From an uncultured Methylomirabilota bacterium (lineage in GTDB: Bacteria > Methylomirabilota > Methylomirabilia > Methylomirabilales > 2-02-FULL-66-22), in the NCBI GenBank assembly GCA_963705305.1, contig OY970067.1, positions 4,960,001-5,024,000 of the forward strand: a stretch of DNA of 64,000 bases. The letters are read 5' to 3'. The position numbers and the translations under genes were made by a program. The notes below the pieces were generated by a model, which saw only the letters and a program-made list of their open reading frames with translations, did no database searches and was not told the DNA's origin. This document shows positions 1-9,235 of the stretch, piece by piece. Positions within the stretch are counted from its first letter, which is position 1. The number at the start of each line of letters is the position of its first letter.

Positions 1-1008
1 TGCGTCTCCGAAGGCGAAGCGCCGGCCGATGAATGGAGGCCTTCGCAGGAGGGGGAGGAACCGCTCGACGGCGTCGAGCAATCGGTCCGCACGGTCCCAC
101 AGCCAGATCAGGTTGAAGGCCATCACGCTCTTGTTGTCGGCAATCATCCGCAGCGGGTCCAGCCGAGGCCGGCGAAGATATCGGAACACCAGACGGGCAT
201 AATCCGGCCGGGCTCGTCTCGACATCAAGTCGGCCGCGCCGTACAGGACGTACCGCCCCTCGGGCCGCAGCCGCTCGTACCCGGGCTGAAAGAACGGGCC
301 GCCCACGGCGTCGAGCACCAGATCGAGCCCGCTCAATCCCAGGGCCGCCAACGCTCGATCGAGCTGCAGCCCGAAATCGCGGCGATCGCGTACGATCACC
401 CCGTCCGGCGGCAGCCCGCACGGCCCCACCAGGAAATCCCGCTTGGCAGGCCGCCCGACCGTGGCTATCACGCGCGCCCCGGCCGTCCGGAGGATCTCAA
501 GCGCGTTGAGGCCCACGCCGCCCGCGGCCGAGTGAACGAGGACACCATCGCCGGCCTCCAGGGCCCCCAGCTCCATGAGAGCGTACCAGGCCGTGAGACC
601 CTGCACCAGACAGGCCGCACCCTCCGCGTAGCTCCACTCCGGCGGCAGCGGCCGGAGGTAGCGCACGTCCACGTTGACCGCCGTCGCATATCCGCCGAAG
701 CGTATGAGTCCCATGACCCGGTCGCCAGGACGCAGCGGCGGCGGCGCCCCGCCGCCCGATCCCGGGACCGTGACGGCGGGGTCCACCGCCTCCACCGTGC
801 CCGCGATCTCCAGGCCGGGGATGAAGGACCCCTTCGGGGTGGCGGAATAGAGGCTCAGGCAGGCAAAGACGTCGGCGAAGTTCAGGCCGACGGCCTTGAC
901 CGCCACCCGCACCTCGCCCGGCCCGGGTACGGCGATCTCATCGCTCTCGCGCTGCAGCCGGTCGAGCGACCCGGCCCGCCGCACGCGCCAGACCTCGCGA
1001 GTCAGCAT
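1..1008 (-). CDS. MDR-family NAD(P)H quinone oxidoreductase-like protein (3' end runs off the window)
   Basis: Missing from the ORF track because there is no stop in the window. Read by hand from ATG 1008: MLTREVWRV...PGPGEVRVAVKAVGLNFAD...PGLEIAGTVE...HSAAGGVG...; still in frame at base 1 (PPFIGRRFAFGDA). Confidence 0.85.
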   Translation of the reverse strand, partial: MLTREVWRVRRAGSLDRLQRESDEIAVPGPGEVRVAVKAVGLNFADVFACLSLYSATPKGSFIPGLEIAGTVEAVDPAVTVPGSGGGAPPPLRPGDRVMGLIRFGGYATAVNVDVRYLRPLPPEWSYAEGAACLVQGLTAWYALMELGALEAGDGVLVHSAAGGVGLNALEILRTAGARVIATVGRPAKRDFLVGPCGLPPDGVIVRDRRDFGLQLDRALAALGLSGLDLVLDAVGGPFFQPGYERLRPEGRYVLYGAADLMSRRARPDYARLVFRYLRRPRLDPLRMIADNKSVMAFNLIWLWDRADRLLDAVERFLPLLRRPPFIGRRFAFGDA

Positions 1009-1087
1009 TGGGACGGCCTCTTTTGCCAACGAGGAGCGGCTGGGGAGGTTCAAGCGGCCGCGCCCGGCCTGCGGGATCGACCCTATC

Positions 1088-1789
1088 CTACAGTCGCTTC
1101 AGGCAGCGGGCGATACCGGAGGCGATGGCCGCCGCCGTCCTCTCCCGCCAGCCCGGCTGCTCCACGGCCAGCTCTTCCTGCCGGTTGATGATCACCCCGG
1201 CTTCCAGGAGGACGGCCGGCTCGGTGGCCCGCTTCAGGACGACCAGGTTGTCGAAGTAGTGGACGCCGTTCTTGGCGTCGGCGAACGGCCGGTCCTCTCC
1301 CGGGATCGGCTCTGCGTGGTAGCGGGACGGGGTGCGGCCCGCCGCCCGGAGCGCTTCTCCCATGGCCGAGGCGCAGGCCAGGCTTTGAGCCACATCGGGA
1401 TTGGCTCGCGAGACGAACAGCGAGAAGCCCGCAAAGCGGTCGGAGTACGGGCGGGGCGTCCCGGCGACATCCCAGGTGGCGAGGTACCGGGGCTGGACGG
1501 AGTCGTGGTGGATGGAGAGGAAGAAGTCCGTCCCCGCGGCGGCGGCAGGGCGGGATATGAGATCCGCCACATCCCCCCGCTCGTTGATGAGCCGCACCTC
1601 AATGCCGCGGCCCTCCAGCGCGGCCTTCACCGCCCGCGCCAGGTCCCGGTTGAACTCGAACTCCGGCCGCCCCCGGGCGCTCTCGGCCCCCGGATGGATG
1701 TAGGAGTGCCCCACGTCCACCGCCACGATGGGCGCCCGCCCGGGCGTCGGATGCGCACACGCCCCCAGGAGTCCCAACGCCAGGGTCAC
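1088..1789 (-). CDS. N-acetylmuramoyl-L-alanine amidase (Amidase_3), probable lipoprotein
   Basis: Zn-amidase motifs VDVGH, EFEFN, LSIHHD, PAVLLEAG; lipobox-like LLGAC. Start uncertain (GTG 1789 chosen). Confidence 0.85.
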   Translation of the reverse strand: MTLALGLLGACAHPTPGRAPIVAVDVGHSYIHPGAESARGRPEFEFNRDLARAVKAALEGRGIEVRLINERGDVADLISRPAAAAGTDFFLSIHHDSVQPRYLATWDVAGTPRPYSDRFAGFSLFVSRANPDVAQSLACASAMGEALRAAGRTPSRYHAEPIPGEDRPFADAKNGVHYFDNLVVLKRATEPAVLLEAGVIINRQEELAVEQPGWRERTAAAIASGIARCLKRL

Positions 1790-1838
1790 GGCGATACGCC
1801 GTTCCCTGCCGGCCAGCGGGGCGGCTGGACACCTCCCC

Positions 1839-2276
1839 CTACTGGCCGACCAGGCGGTAGAAGTAATCGCCCTCCGCCGCGCGGACATGGAACCAGCCCA
1901 CATCCGAGCCCCCCTCGGTCAAATACACGGTGGCGACATCGGCCCGGCGGACCGGGGAGTTCAGGAAGAGCGCGGAAAATGCGGCGGCGGCCTTTTTCAC
2001 GAGGCTATCCCGCCCAGCCGCGCTCAGGCCGTCCCAAGCTTTGGAATTGACTGTGAGATTCCCGAAGGGTTCCGTGGACGGACGCTTCGTCCCCGTCGAC
2101 CGGAAGGGTCCGAAGACTGACGCCAGTTCCGGGTCCTTGGCAACGGCATCGTTGAACTGCTGGGTGAAGGCTTTGAGGTTGGCGCGGGGGATGTTCTTCA
2201 CCTCCGCCCCGTCATTGGACGTCGCACAGGAAGTCAGGCAGACAACAGAAAGCGCCAGCAGACTAAGAAAACGCAT
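1839..2276 (-). CDS. Hypothetical lipoprotein
   Basis: GGAGGT RBS, then MRFLSLLALSVVCLTSC signal peptide with lipobox; lies directly upstream of the amidase on the same strand. Confidence 0.7.
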   Translation of the reverse strand: MRFLSLLALSVVCLTSCATSNDGAEVKNIPRANLKAFTQQFNDAVAKDPELASVFGPFRSTGTKRPSTEPFGNLTVNSKAWDGLSAAGRDSLVKKAAAAFSALFLNSPVRRADVATVYLTEGGSDVGWFHVRAAEGDYFYRLVGQ

Positions 2277-2495
2277 CACGACCTCCATGGCTCGAGCGCA
2301 CGAAGCGTTCACCCCTGACCGCTGCTTTCCGAGGGGGAGGTAATCCTATGCCGAAGATGTCTCACCGCCAAGATGTAAAAATTTGGACGGCGGGAATGGG
2401 CAAAATACCAGAGGTCTGGAACCGCGTCGCATCCCCTGGTGGGGCGTTCCCATGTCTTGAATCACAGCCGCGGGGCGCCCTGAAAACTGTAAAGC

Positions 2496-2516
2496 CTTGG
2501 CGTCATGGCGGTTCAA
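2496..2516. repeat. Dispersed 21-bp repeat CTTGGCGTCATGGCGGTTCAA, copy 1
   Basis: Identical to 23801-23821; degenerate inverted relatives at ~2363-2373 and 42849-42866. Confidence 0.7.
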
Positions 2517-2994
2517 CAGCTCTTTCGGATCAGGGGCAACTCGCAGGAACACGCGCGGCCAGCGACCCATTGGATCCGGCAGCAACTGGTGCGGGCGAGT
2601 CCTCCCACCAGCCGGGAAGCTTGGAAGCAGAGCCTATGCCTCACGGTCCCCGGTGTCAAGCGGGCCGAGGGCCGGGCCGGATGTTGCTGCGCATGATCTC
2701 AGGAGCATCCAGGCCAAGGGGCGGGAAGCGAAACCGGGCTTGATTGCCACGCCTTACGGTAACAGGAATGCCGTGCATCCATGGCGGCGCGGGAGGGCTT
2801 GGATGATTGTGCGGCAGAACAACCTTGGACCCGGGGGAATGTCGGGATTGACCCGAATGCGAGGGAAATGCTATGAGATTATGGCTTTCCTCGTCTCCGC
2901 ACGGCTCATCACCAAGGCGAGAATCGGCCGAGGCAGTGGACAGGCGGAAGAACGGGCCGCCGGCGGTCCACACCCTTCATTTCCCGGGGGGACA

Positions 2995-3855
2995 GTGTTT
3001 CTACAGCAGGTGATGAACGGCCTCGTTCTGGGCGGGGCCTACGCGCTCATCTCGGTGGGGATGACCATGATCTTCGGGATCATGAACATCTCCAATTTCG
3101 CCCATGGAACGATCTACATGCTGGGGGGCTACTGCATCTATTTCTTCAGCACCGCCCTCGGCCAGCCCTTCTTCCTGGCGGTGGCCCTCTCGATGTTCGT
3201 GGTCGGGCTGGCCGGCATCGCCATGGAGCGGATCGTCTTCCGGCCCGTCTACGGCGGGCCCGTTCTGAACGACCTGCTGATCGCGCTGGGGCTGTCCTTC
3301 TTCCTGGAGAACGGCGCCCTGCTCCTCTGGGGCTCTGAGACCCGGGGCGTCCGGACCCCGTATACGGACGTCGTCCTCCATTTCCTCTCGATCTCGGTGA
3401 CCCTGCAGCGGCTCATCGTCCTGGTGGCCAGCATGGTCCTGATCGCCGCCCTGTACGCCTTCCTCAACCACACGCGATTCGGGAAGGCGATCGTCGCAAC
3501 CTCGCAGAACCCCAAGGGGGCCGCCCTGGTCGGGATCGATCTCGACCGGGTGTACATGGTCACCTTCGCCATCAGCTCCGGCCTGGCGGCCGCCGCGGGT
3601 GCGCTGCTCGCGCCGCTCTTCTACGTGTTTCCCACTATGGGCAGCATGCCGCTCCTGAAGGCGTTCGTCGTGGTGGTACTGGGCGGGATGGGAAACGTCC
3701 AGGGCGCCGTGGTGGGGGGCTTCCTGGTGGGGATCGCGGAAAGCCTGGGCGGCGCCTACATCTCGTCGGATTACAAGAACGTCTTCTCCTTGATCATCCT
3801 GATCGCCGTGCTCCTGATCCGGCCCCAGGGCCTCTTCGGAAGGAGCGAGACATAG
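2995..3855 (+). CDS. livH: Branched-chain amino acid ABC transporter permease (LivH-like)
   Basis: QQVMNGLVLGGAYALISVGMTMIFG..NFAHG; KAFVVVVLGGMGN; GTG start at 2995. Confidence 0.9.
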   Translation: MFLQQVMNGLVLGGAYALISVGMTMIFGIMNISNFAHGTIYMLGGYCIYFFSTALGQPFFLAVALSMFVVGLAGIAMERIVFRPVYGGPVLNDLLIALGLSFFLENGALLLWGSETRGVRTPYTDVVLHFLSISVTLQRLIVLVASMVLIAALYAFLNHTRFGKAIVATSQNPKGAALVGIDLDRVYMVTFAISSGLAAAAGALLAPLFYVFPTMGSMPLLKAFVVVVLGGMGNVQGAVVGGFLVGIAESLGGAYISSDYKNVFSLIILIAVLLIRPQGLFGRSET

Positions 3856-4835
3856 TGGAGAACCGGCTCGCCGCCCTCCTCGGGCTCGTGCTTCTCGGTC
3901 TCGCCCTCGCCTTTCCGGTCCTGGTGACGGATTCCTACTACCAGCATATCATGAACGTCATCTTCCTGTTCGCCATCAGCATCTACGGCTTCAACATCAT
4001 CACCGGCATCGCCGGCCAATTCAACATCGCCCACGCCGGCTTCATCGGGATCGGCGCCTATGCCTCCGCCCTGCTGACGGCCCGGCTTCCGCTGTCGTTC
4101 TGGGAAGCCATGCCGCTGTCCATCCTCGTCACGGCGGTCTTCGGATTCCTCATCGGATATCCGTCCCTCCGCCTCCGGGGGGTCTACTTCGCGCTGACCA
4201 CGCTGGCCTTCGGAGAGATCCTCTCTCTGGTGTTCGAGAACTGGATCTCGGTCACCGGCGGCCCCATGGGCATCACCAAGATTCCGCCACCAACGCCTCT
4301 CCGCCTTCCCGGCGGAGTGCACCTCGCCTTCGACGACAAGTCCGGCTTCTACTACCTCTGCCTGATCTCTCTCCTCGTCGCCATGTACGTCAATCGCCAG
4401 CTCCTGCGATCACGTCTGGGAAGGGCCATGCTGGCCGTCCGGGAGAACGAGGACCTAGCGCAGTCGGTGGGCGTCCCCATCGCCCGGACCAAGATGATTG
4501 CGTTCGTCCTGGCGACCATGTTCCTCGGCCTCACGGGAAGCCTGTACGCCCACTACTTCCGCTTCATCAGCCCGGTGAGCTTTTCGGCCGGAGAGACCTT
4601 CCGCCACGTCACCATGCTCATCGTCGGAGGAAAGGGGACGCTGCTCGGGCCGCTGGTGGGCGCGGCCATCTTCACGGCCCTCCCCGAAGTCCTCCGGGGC
4701 ATCGAAGATTACCAGTGGATCGCGTATGGGGTGATCCTCATGCTGTGTGTCGTCTTCCTGCCCAAGGGGATCGCGGGCTGGCTCCGGGACGTCCGGGGTC
4801 GCCGGGGCAATGGCGCGGCCGCGGAGGATCGGTGA
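3855..4835 (+). CDS. livM: Branched-chain amino acid ABC transporter permease (LivM-like)
   Basis: GQFNIAHAGFIGIGAY, LRLRGVYFALTTLAFGEI, TGGPMG, GRAMLAVRENE. Confidence 0.9.
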   Translation: MENRLAALLGLVLLGLALAFPVLVTDSYYQHIMNVIFLFAISIYGFNIITGIAGQFNIAHAGFIGIGAYASALLTARLPLSFWEAMPLSILVTAVFGFLIGYPSLRLRGVYFALTTLAFGEILSLVFENWISVTGGPMGITKIPPPTPLRLPGGVHLAFDDKSGFYYLCLISLLVAMYVNRQLLRSRLGRAMLAVRENEDLAQSVGVPIARTKMIAFVLATMFLGLTGSLYAHYFRFISPVSFSAGETFRHVTMLIVGGKGTLLGPLVGAAIFTALPEVLRGIEDYQWIAYGVILMLCVVFLPKGIAGWLRDVRGRRGNGAAAEDR

Positions 4836-5671
4836 GTCTCCTCCTGTGCGAGGCCCTGCAGCGGGACTTCGGCGGCCTGGCGGCGGTCAACCGGGTGAGC
4901 CTCGGGGTGACCGAGGGGGAGATCGTCGGCCTCATCGGCCCGAACGGCGCGGGGAAGACCACGCTCTTCAACCTGATCACCGGCTTCCTCCGCCCGACCT
5001 CCGGCCGGATTGTCTATGCGGGAAAGGACATCACCGGGCTCGAGCCCCACGTGATCGGGGGCCTGGGTCTCGTGCGGACGTTCCAGAAGATCAACGTGTT
5101 CGGGGAGCTGAGCGTCCTGGAGAACGTCCTGATCGGCCGGCACCTGCATGCCCGGGCCGGATTTCTACGGGCGCTCCTCCAGAGCCGGGCCTACCGCCGC
5201 GAGGAGCGCGCGTCCCGGGAGAAGGCCCTGGGCATCCTCGACTTTGTGGGCCTGGCGGGCTGGGAGGATCAGCAGGCCGGGAATTTGCCTTTCGGCCTCC
5301 AGCGCGCGCTCGGCATCGCGACGGCCCTGGCGGCCGGGCCCAGGCTGCTCCTCCTGGACGAGCCCGCCTCGGGGATGCATACGGAAGAGAAGCGGGCGAT
5401 CGTCGAGGTCATCCGCCGGATCCACCGGGCGGGCACGACCCTGCTCCTGGTCGAGCACGATACGAACGTCGTGATGAGCCTCTGCAGCCGCATCGTCGTC
5501 CTGAATTCGGGGAGCGTCCTCATGGAGGGGACCTCCACAGATGTCCAGCACGACCCCAGGGTCATCGAGGTGTATCTCTACCCGCTACACAAAGGTGTTG
5601 AAGATTCGCTTGTCAATAGGCGCGATTCCTCTGTGGTTACAGCGCATTCCGTCCTTTTCGGATTGAGCTGA
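4832..5671 (+). CDS. livG: ABC ATP-binding protein (LivG-like), C-terminus altered by a MITE insertion
   Basis: Walker A GPNGAGKTT, RTFQ, LLLLDEP, LVEHD. After PRVIEVYL the frame runs into the inserted element and stops at 5671. Confidence 0.88.
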   Translation: MSLLLCEALQRDFGGLAAVNRVSLGVTEGEIVGLIGPNGAGKTTLFNLITGFLRPTSGRIVYAGKDITGLEPHVIGGLGLVRTFQKINVFGELSVLENVLIGRHLHARAGFLRALLQSRAYRREERASREKALGILDFVGLAGWEDQQAGNLPFGLQRALGIATALAAGPRLLLLDEPASGMHTEEKRAIVEVIRRIHRAGTTLLLVEHDTNVVMSLCSRIVVLNSGSVLMEGTSTDVQHDPRVIEVYLYPLHKGVEDSLVNRRDSSVVTAHSVLFGLS

Positions 5672-5778
5672 CATCGAGGAAGATTTCTTCCCCGACAAGG
5701 CGTTCCGATTCGGTCAACCAATTCATGCCGTTACTAGCGAAACGCCGACCGTTATCAACACCTTTGTGTAACGGCTAG
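5578..5778. mobile_element. 201-bp MITE (non-autonomous element, IS4/IS50-like ends)
   Basis: Left end CTACCCGCTACACAAAGGTGTTGA (5578-5601) vs reverse complement of 5755-5778 CTAGCCGTTACACAAAGGTGTTGA, 22/24 identical. 9-bp direct repeat GGTGTATCT at 5569-5577 and 5779-5787. No transposase; visibly more AT-rich than the flanks. Confidence 0.92.
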
Positions 5779-5804
5779 GGTGTATCTCGGGAAAGGGTAC
5801 CGGC

Positions 5805-6512
5805 GTGCTGCTGGAGCTGAATGACATCGACGCCTACTATGGGCGCGCGCAGGCCCTGCGGGGGGTCTCGCTCCAGGTGGGGCCGGGAGAGGTCGTCGCG
5901 ATCCTGGGCGCCAACGGGGCCGGCAAGTCCACCACGCTCCTGACGATCTCGGGGCTGCTGCGCCCGCGGCAGGGCCGCATCCTGTTCCAGGGAAAGCCGA
6001 TCGGCCGGGAGAAGCCCGGCCGGATTGTCGGGATGGGCATCTCGCACTGCCCGGAGGGGCGGGCGCTCTTTCCCGACATGACCGTGCAGGATAATCTCTC
6101 GCTTGGGGCGTTCCTCCGGCGCGACCGGCCGGGCATCGCCGAGGACCTCGACCGCGTCTATCGGCATTTCCCCCGCCTCCAGGAGCGGAAGGGCCAGCTC
6201 GCCGGCTCGCTCTCCGGGGGAGAGCAGCAGATGCTGGCCATCGGTCGGGCCCTCATGAGCCGGCCGCGACTCCTCCTCCTCGACGAGCCGTCGCTGGGGC
6301 TCTCCCCCATCCTCGTGGAGGAGATGTTTCGCATCATCGAGGGCATCAACCGGGAAGGGACCGCGGTCCTCCTGGTGGAACAGAACGTGGGTGCGGCGCT
6401 GGAGGCCGCGCACCGGGCATACGTGATGGAGACTGGGCGGATCGTCTTCTCGGGCACCAAGGAGGAGCTGCTTCACAACGATCGGGTGCGGCGCGCGTAT
6501 CTCGGAGGCTGA
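5805..6512 (+). CDS. livF: ABC ATP-binding protein (LivF-like)
   Basis: GANGAGKST, LSGGEQQMLAIGRALM, LLLDEPSLGL, LVEQN, AYLGG. Confidence 0.92.
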   Translation: MLLELNDIDAYYGRAQALRGVSLQVGPGEVVAILGANGAGKSTTLLTISGLLRPRQGRILFQGKPIGREKPGRIVGMGISHCPEGRALFPDMTVQDNLSLGAFLRRDRPGIAEDLDRVYRHFPRLQERKGQLAGSLSGGEQQMLAIGRALMSRPRLLLLDEPSLGLSPILVEEMFRIIEGINREGTAVLLVEQNVGAALEAAHRAYVMETGRIVFSGTKEELLHNDRVRRAYLGG

Positions 6513-6561
6513 GGAGCGGTTGGCGAGGGGTCGGAAGGCCAATCCGGCATGGAGGTGAGAC

Positions 6562-7767
6562 ATGGGAGGCAGACACATGGCGACAAGGGCGAATGGCGGT
6601 GTGTGGGGAATCTCGGCGGTCGTGGCGGGCCTGGCCATCCTGCTGTGGACGGTGGGGGCGCAGGCGGGGGAGACCCTGAAGATCGGCGCGAGCTACCCGA
6701 CGAGCGGCGGGGTCGCGGAGGCGGCAAGCTATACGGTCGAGGGCATCAAGATGGCCGTGGACGAGATCAATGCCAAGGGGGGCGTCTCTGTCGGGGGCAA
6801 GAACCTGCCGATCGAGCTGTTCCTCTACGACAGCAAATGCGATCCCACCATCGGGGTGGCCAACGCCGAGAAGATGATCACCCGCGATCAGGTAGTGGCC
6901 ATCACGGGAGACTTCTGCAGCTCGGTCACGCTGGCGCAGAAGGAGGTCTCCGGGCGCGCCAAGGTCCTTCAGGTGACCCCGATCGCGGTGGCCCCCAAGA
7001 TCACGGAGCCGGGCTATCCCTTCATGTTCCGCACCTGCAACACCATCGACATGTACGCGGCGCCGGTGGTAGAGTTCATCGTCGACAAGCTCCCCCAGGT
7101 GAAGACCCTGGGCATCCTGGCGGCGACCGACGATTACGGCCGGGGCGCGGTCAACATCTACACCCAGCTCCTGGCGAAGGTGGGCATCAAGCTGGTCGAT
7201 ACGGAGTACTTCAAGCACGGCGATACCGATTTCTACACCCAGATCACCAAGCTCGTCGCGGCCAAGCCGGACGGCGTCTACATCGTGACCAACGAGGATG
7301 CCCAGAACATCGGCCTCCTGAAGCAGTTGAAGGAGCTGGGGTATAAGGGCGTCCTCTTCGGAGCCAGCACCTACAACACGGACAACATGGTCAAGCTGGG
7401 CGGAAAGGAATTGCTGGAGGGGCTGTACATGGAAGGTCCCGTCTTCGAGCTGGTGAAGGACACGCCTGCGGTCAAGGAATGGCTCGCGCGCTACGCCAAG
7501 CAGTTCGGGCGCGAGGGGAACAATTTCTCCATTCTGGGCTATCAGTCCATTGAGCTTCTGGCCGACGTGTTCAAGCAGGCCAACACGCTGACCGACAAGG
7601 AGAAGATCCGGCAGGCCATGGTTCACGCGGATTTGCGTCAGGCCATGATCGGCTACTCCGGCGACCCCCATTTCGACGCGAACGGGCAGGTTCACCCGTA
7701 TATGGGCGTCACGCAGTATCAGAACGGGAAGCGCGTGGCGGTGTACCAGCAGAAGGGGACGAAATAA
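6562..7767 (+). CDS. ABC substrate-binding protein, LivJ/LivK (periplasmic binding protein type 1) family
   Basis: Signal peptide, LKIGA, AVDEINAKGG, YDSKCDP, DDYGRG. Start 6562 or 6577. Confidence 0.88.
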   Translation: MGGRHMATRANGGVWGISAVVAGLAILLWTVGAQAGETLKIGASYPTSGGVAEAASYTVEGIKMAVDEINAKGGVSVGGKNLPIELFLYDSKCDPTIGVANAEKMITRDQVVAITGDFCSSVTLAQKEVSGRAKVLQVTPIAVAPKITEPGYPFMFRTCNTIDMYAAPVVEFIVDKLPQVKTLGILAATDDYGRGAVNIYTQLLAKVGIKLVDTEYFKHGDTDFYTQITKLVAAKPDGVYIVTNEDAQNIGLLKQLKELGYKGVLFGASTYNTDNMVKLGGKELLEGLYMEGPVFELVKDTPAVKEWLARYAKQFGREGNNFSILGYQSIELLADVFKQANTLTDKEKIRQAMVHADLRQAMIGYSGDPHFDANGQVHPYMGVTQYQNGKRVAVYQQKGTK

Positions 7768-7787
7768 GCGAGGGCCGCGGGGCTTTT

Positions 7788-7854
7788 CGGCACGCCCCGT
7801 CGGTCGCTCGGCCGGGCGATCGGACATCGCGCCGGCCCCGACGGGGGCGTGCCG
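7788..7854 (+). terminator. Long GC-rich stem-loop after the binding-protein gene (terminator or mRNA stabiliser)
   Basis: CGGCACGCCCCGTCGG (7788-7803) pairs with CCGACGGGGGCGTGCCG (7838-7854), with an inner stem; no U-tract. Confidence 0.45.
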
Positions 7855-7978
7855 GCGTCGCCATCCGGGTGACGGGTCGCCCCGACCGCGCGGCGCGGTA
7901 GCCTCTTCCGGGGTGACGGCTGCGGCGCCGGTCCGGAGACGGCACGCCTGTCGGGGCATGGAGAAAGGTCGAAAGAGA

Positions 7979-9232
7979 ATGGAGCTCATGGAACGGCTGA
8001 CCAGGCACCTCGACCGCGACGCGTTGGTCCAGGTGCTTCAAAAGCTGGTCCGCATCAACAGCGTGACGGGCGAGGAGGATGCCGCGCAGGAAGAGATGGT
8101 CCGGATCCTGCGAGACCTCGGCGGCGAGGTGGATGCGTGGCGCGTCGACGCGCACGCTCTCAAGGATCATCCCCACTTTCCGGGCGCCAGGATTCTGACC
8201 CCCCGGCTCAATGTGGCGGCGAGCTTCCCCGGCGTCTCAACCGGCCCGGCCCTGGTGCTGAACGGCCACATCGATACCGTCACGGCCGGCGAGGAGGGGC
8301 GCTGGAGGCATCCGCCATTCGGGGGAGAGGTCGCGGACGGCAAGCTGTACGGGCGAGGGGCCGCAGACATGAAGGGGGGCCTGGCGGCCATTCTGGGGGC
8401 ACTGGGGGCGATCCGGAAGGCCGGGCTTCGGCTGCGGGGATCGGTCTGTGTCCAGAGCGTCATCGGTGAGGAAGACGGGGGGCTCGGGACCTTTGCGGCG
8501 CTTGTCCGGGGACACCGCGGCGACGGCGTCATCGTCTGCGAGCCCACCCGGCTCGAGGTGGCCCCCGCGCATGCCGGGGTGACCCTCTTTCGAATCACGG
8601 TCGCCGGTCGCGCCGCCCACGGCGCGGTCCGAGACGAGGGGGTGAGCGCCTTTCATAAGTTCGTCCCGATCCACCAGGCGCTCGCCTCGCTGGAGCAGCG
8701 GCGAAACGAGGCCCTGCGCCATCCCCTCTACGAGGGAATCAGCCTGCCCTGGCCCCTCAGCATCGGCCTCGTGACCGCCGGCACCTGGCCGTCGATCGTT
8801 CCCGAAACCCTCATCGCCGAGGGCCGCATCGGGGTGGCCATCGGAGAGCGCATCGCCGATGTCCGCCGGCAGGTGGAGCAGGTCGTGGCCGAAGCGGCCA
8901 GCCAGGACTCCTGGCTGTCCCGGAATGCACCAAAGGTCGAATGGATCGGCGGGACCTGGGAGCCGACGGTGACGGCGCCCGACCACCCGCTGGTCCGCAC
9001 CCTGAGCGATGCCGTGGCGGGGGTGACCGGACGGGCCGCGTCGGTCCGCGGGGCCACCTACGGCTCGGACCTCCGGCTTTTCACCAACCAGTTCGGGATC
9101 CCCGGAGCCCACTTTGGCCCGGGGGACATCCGCCAGGCCCACTTCACCGACGAGTTCGTGACGCTTGCAGAGGTCGAGACCGCGGCCCTGACATTGGCGG
9201 TCACGGTCGCGCGCTTCTGCGGGACGGTGTGA
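7979..9232 (+). CDS. ArgE/DapE-family M20 metallopeptidase/deacylase
   Basis: LNGHIDTV, GKLYGRGAADMKGG, IGEEDGG, CEPT, GRAAHG, AHFTDE. Confidence 0.9.
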   Translation: MELMERLTRHLDRDALVQVLQKLVRINSVTGEEDAAQEEMVRILRDLGGEVDAWRVDAHALKDHPHFPGARILTPRLNVAASFPGVSTGPALVLNGHIDTVTAGEEGRWRHPPFGGEVADGKLYGRGAADMKGGLAAILGALGAIRKAGLRLRGSVCVQSVIGEEDGGLGTFAALVRGHRGDGVIVCEPTRLEVAPAHAGVTLFRITVAGRAAHGAVRDEGVSAFHKFVPIHQALASLEQRRNEALRHPLYEGISLPWPLSIGLVTAGTWPSIVPETLIAEGRIGVAIGERIADVRRQVEQVVAEAASQDSWLSRNAPKVEWIGGTWEPTVTAPDHPLVRTLSDAVAGVTGRAASVRGATYGSDLRLFTNQFGIPGAHFGPGDIRQAHFTDEFVTLAEVETAALTLAVTVARFCGTV

Positions 9233-9235
9233 CGC

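Noticed and set aside
532..2050. Plus-strand ORFs of 218 and 384 aa
   Set aside because: Antisense shadows of the MDR and amidase genes; Arg/Pro-rich, no motifs.
2497..2994. Long N-terminal extension of livH in the ORF track
   Set aside because: Homology begins at GTG 2995; the upstream part is intergenic read-through containing a repeat.
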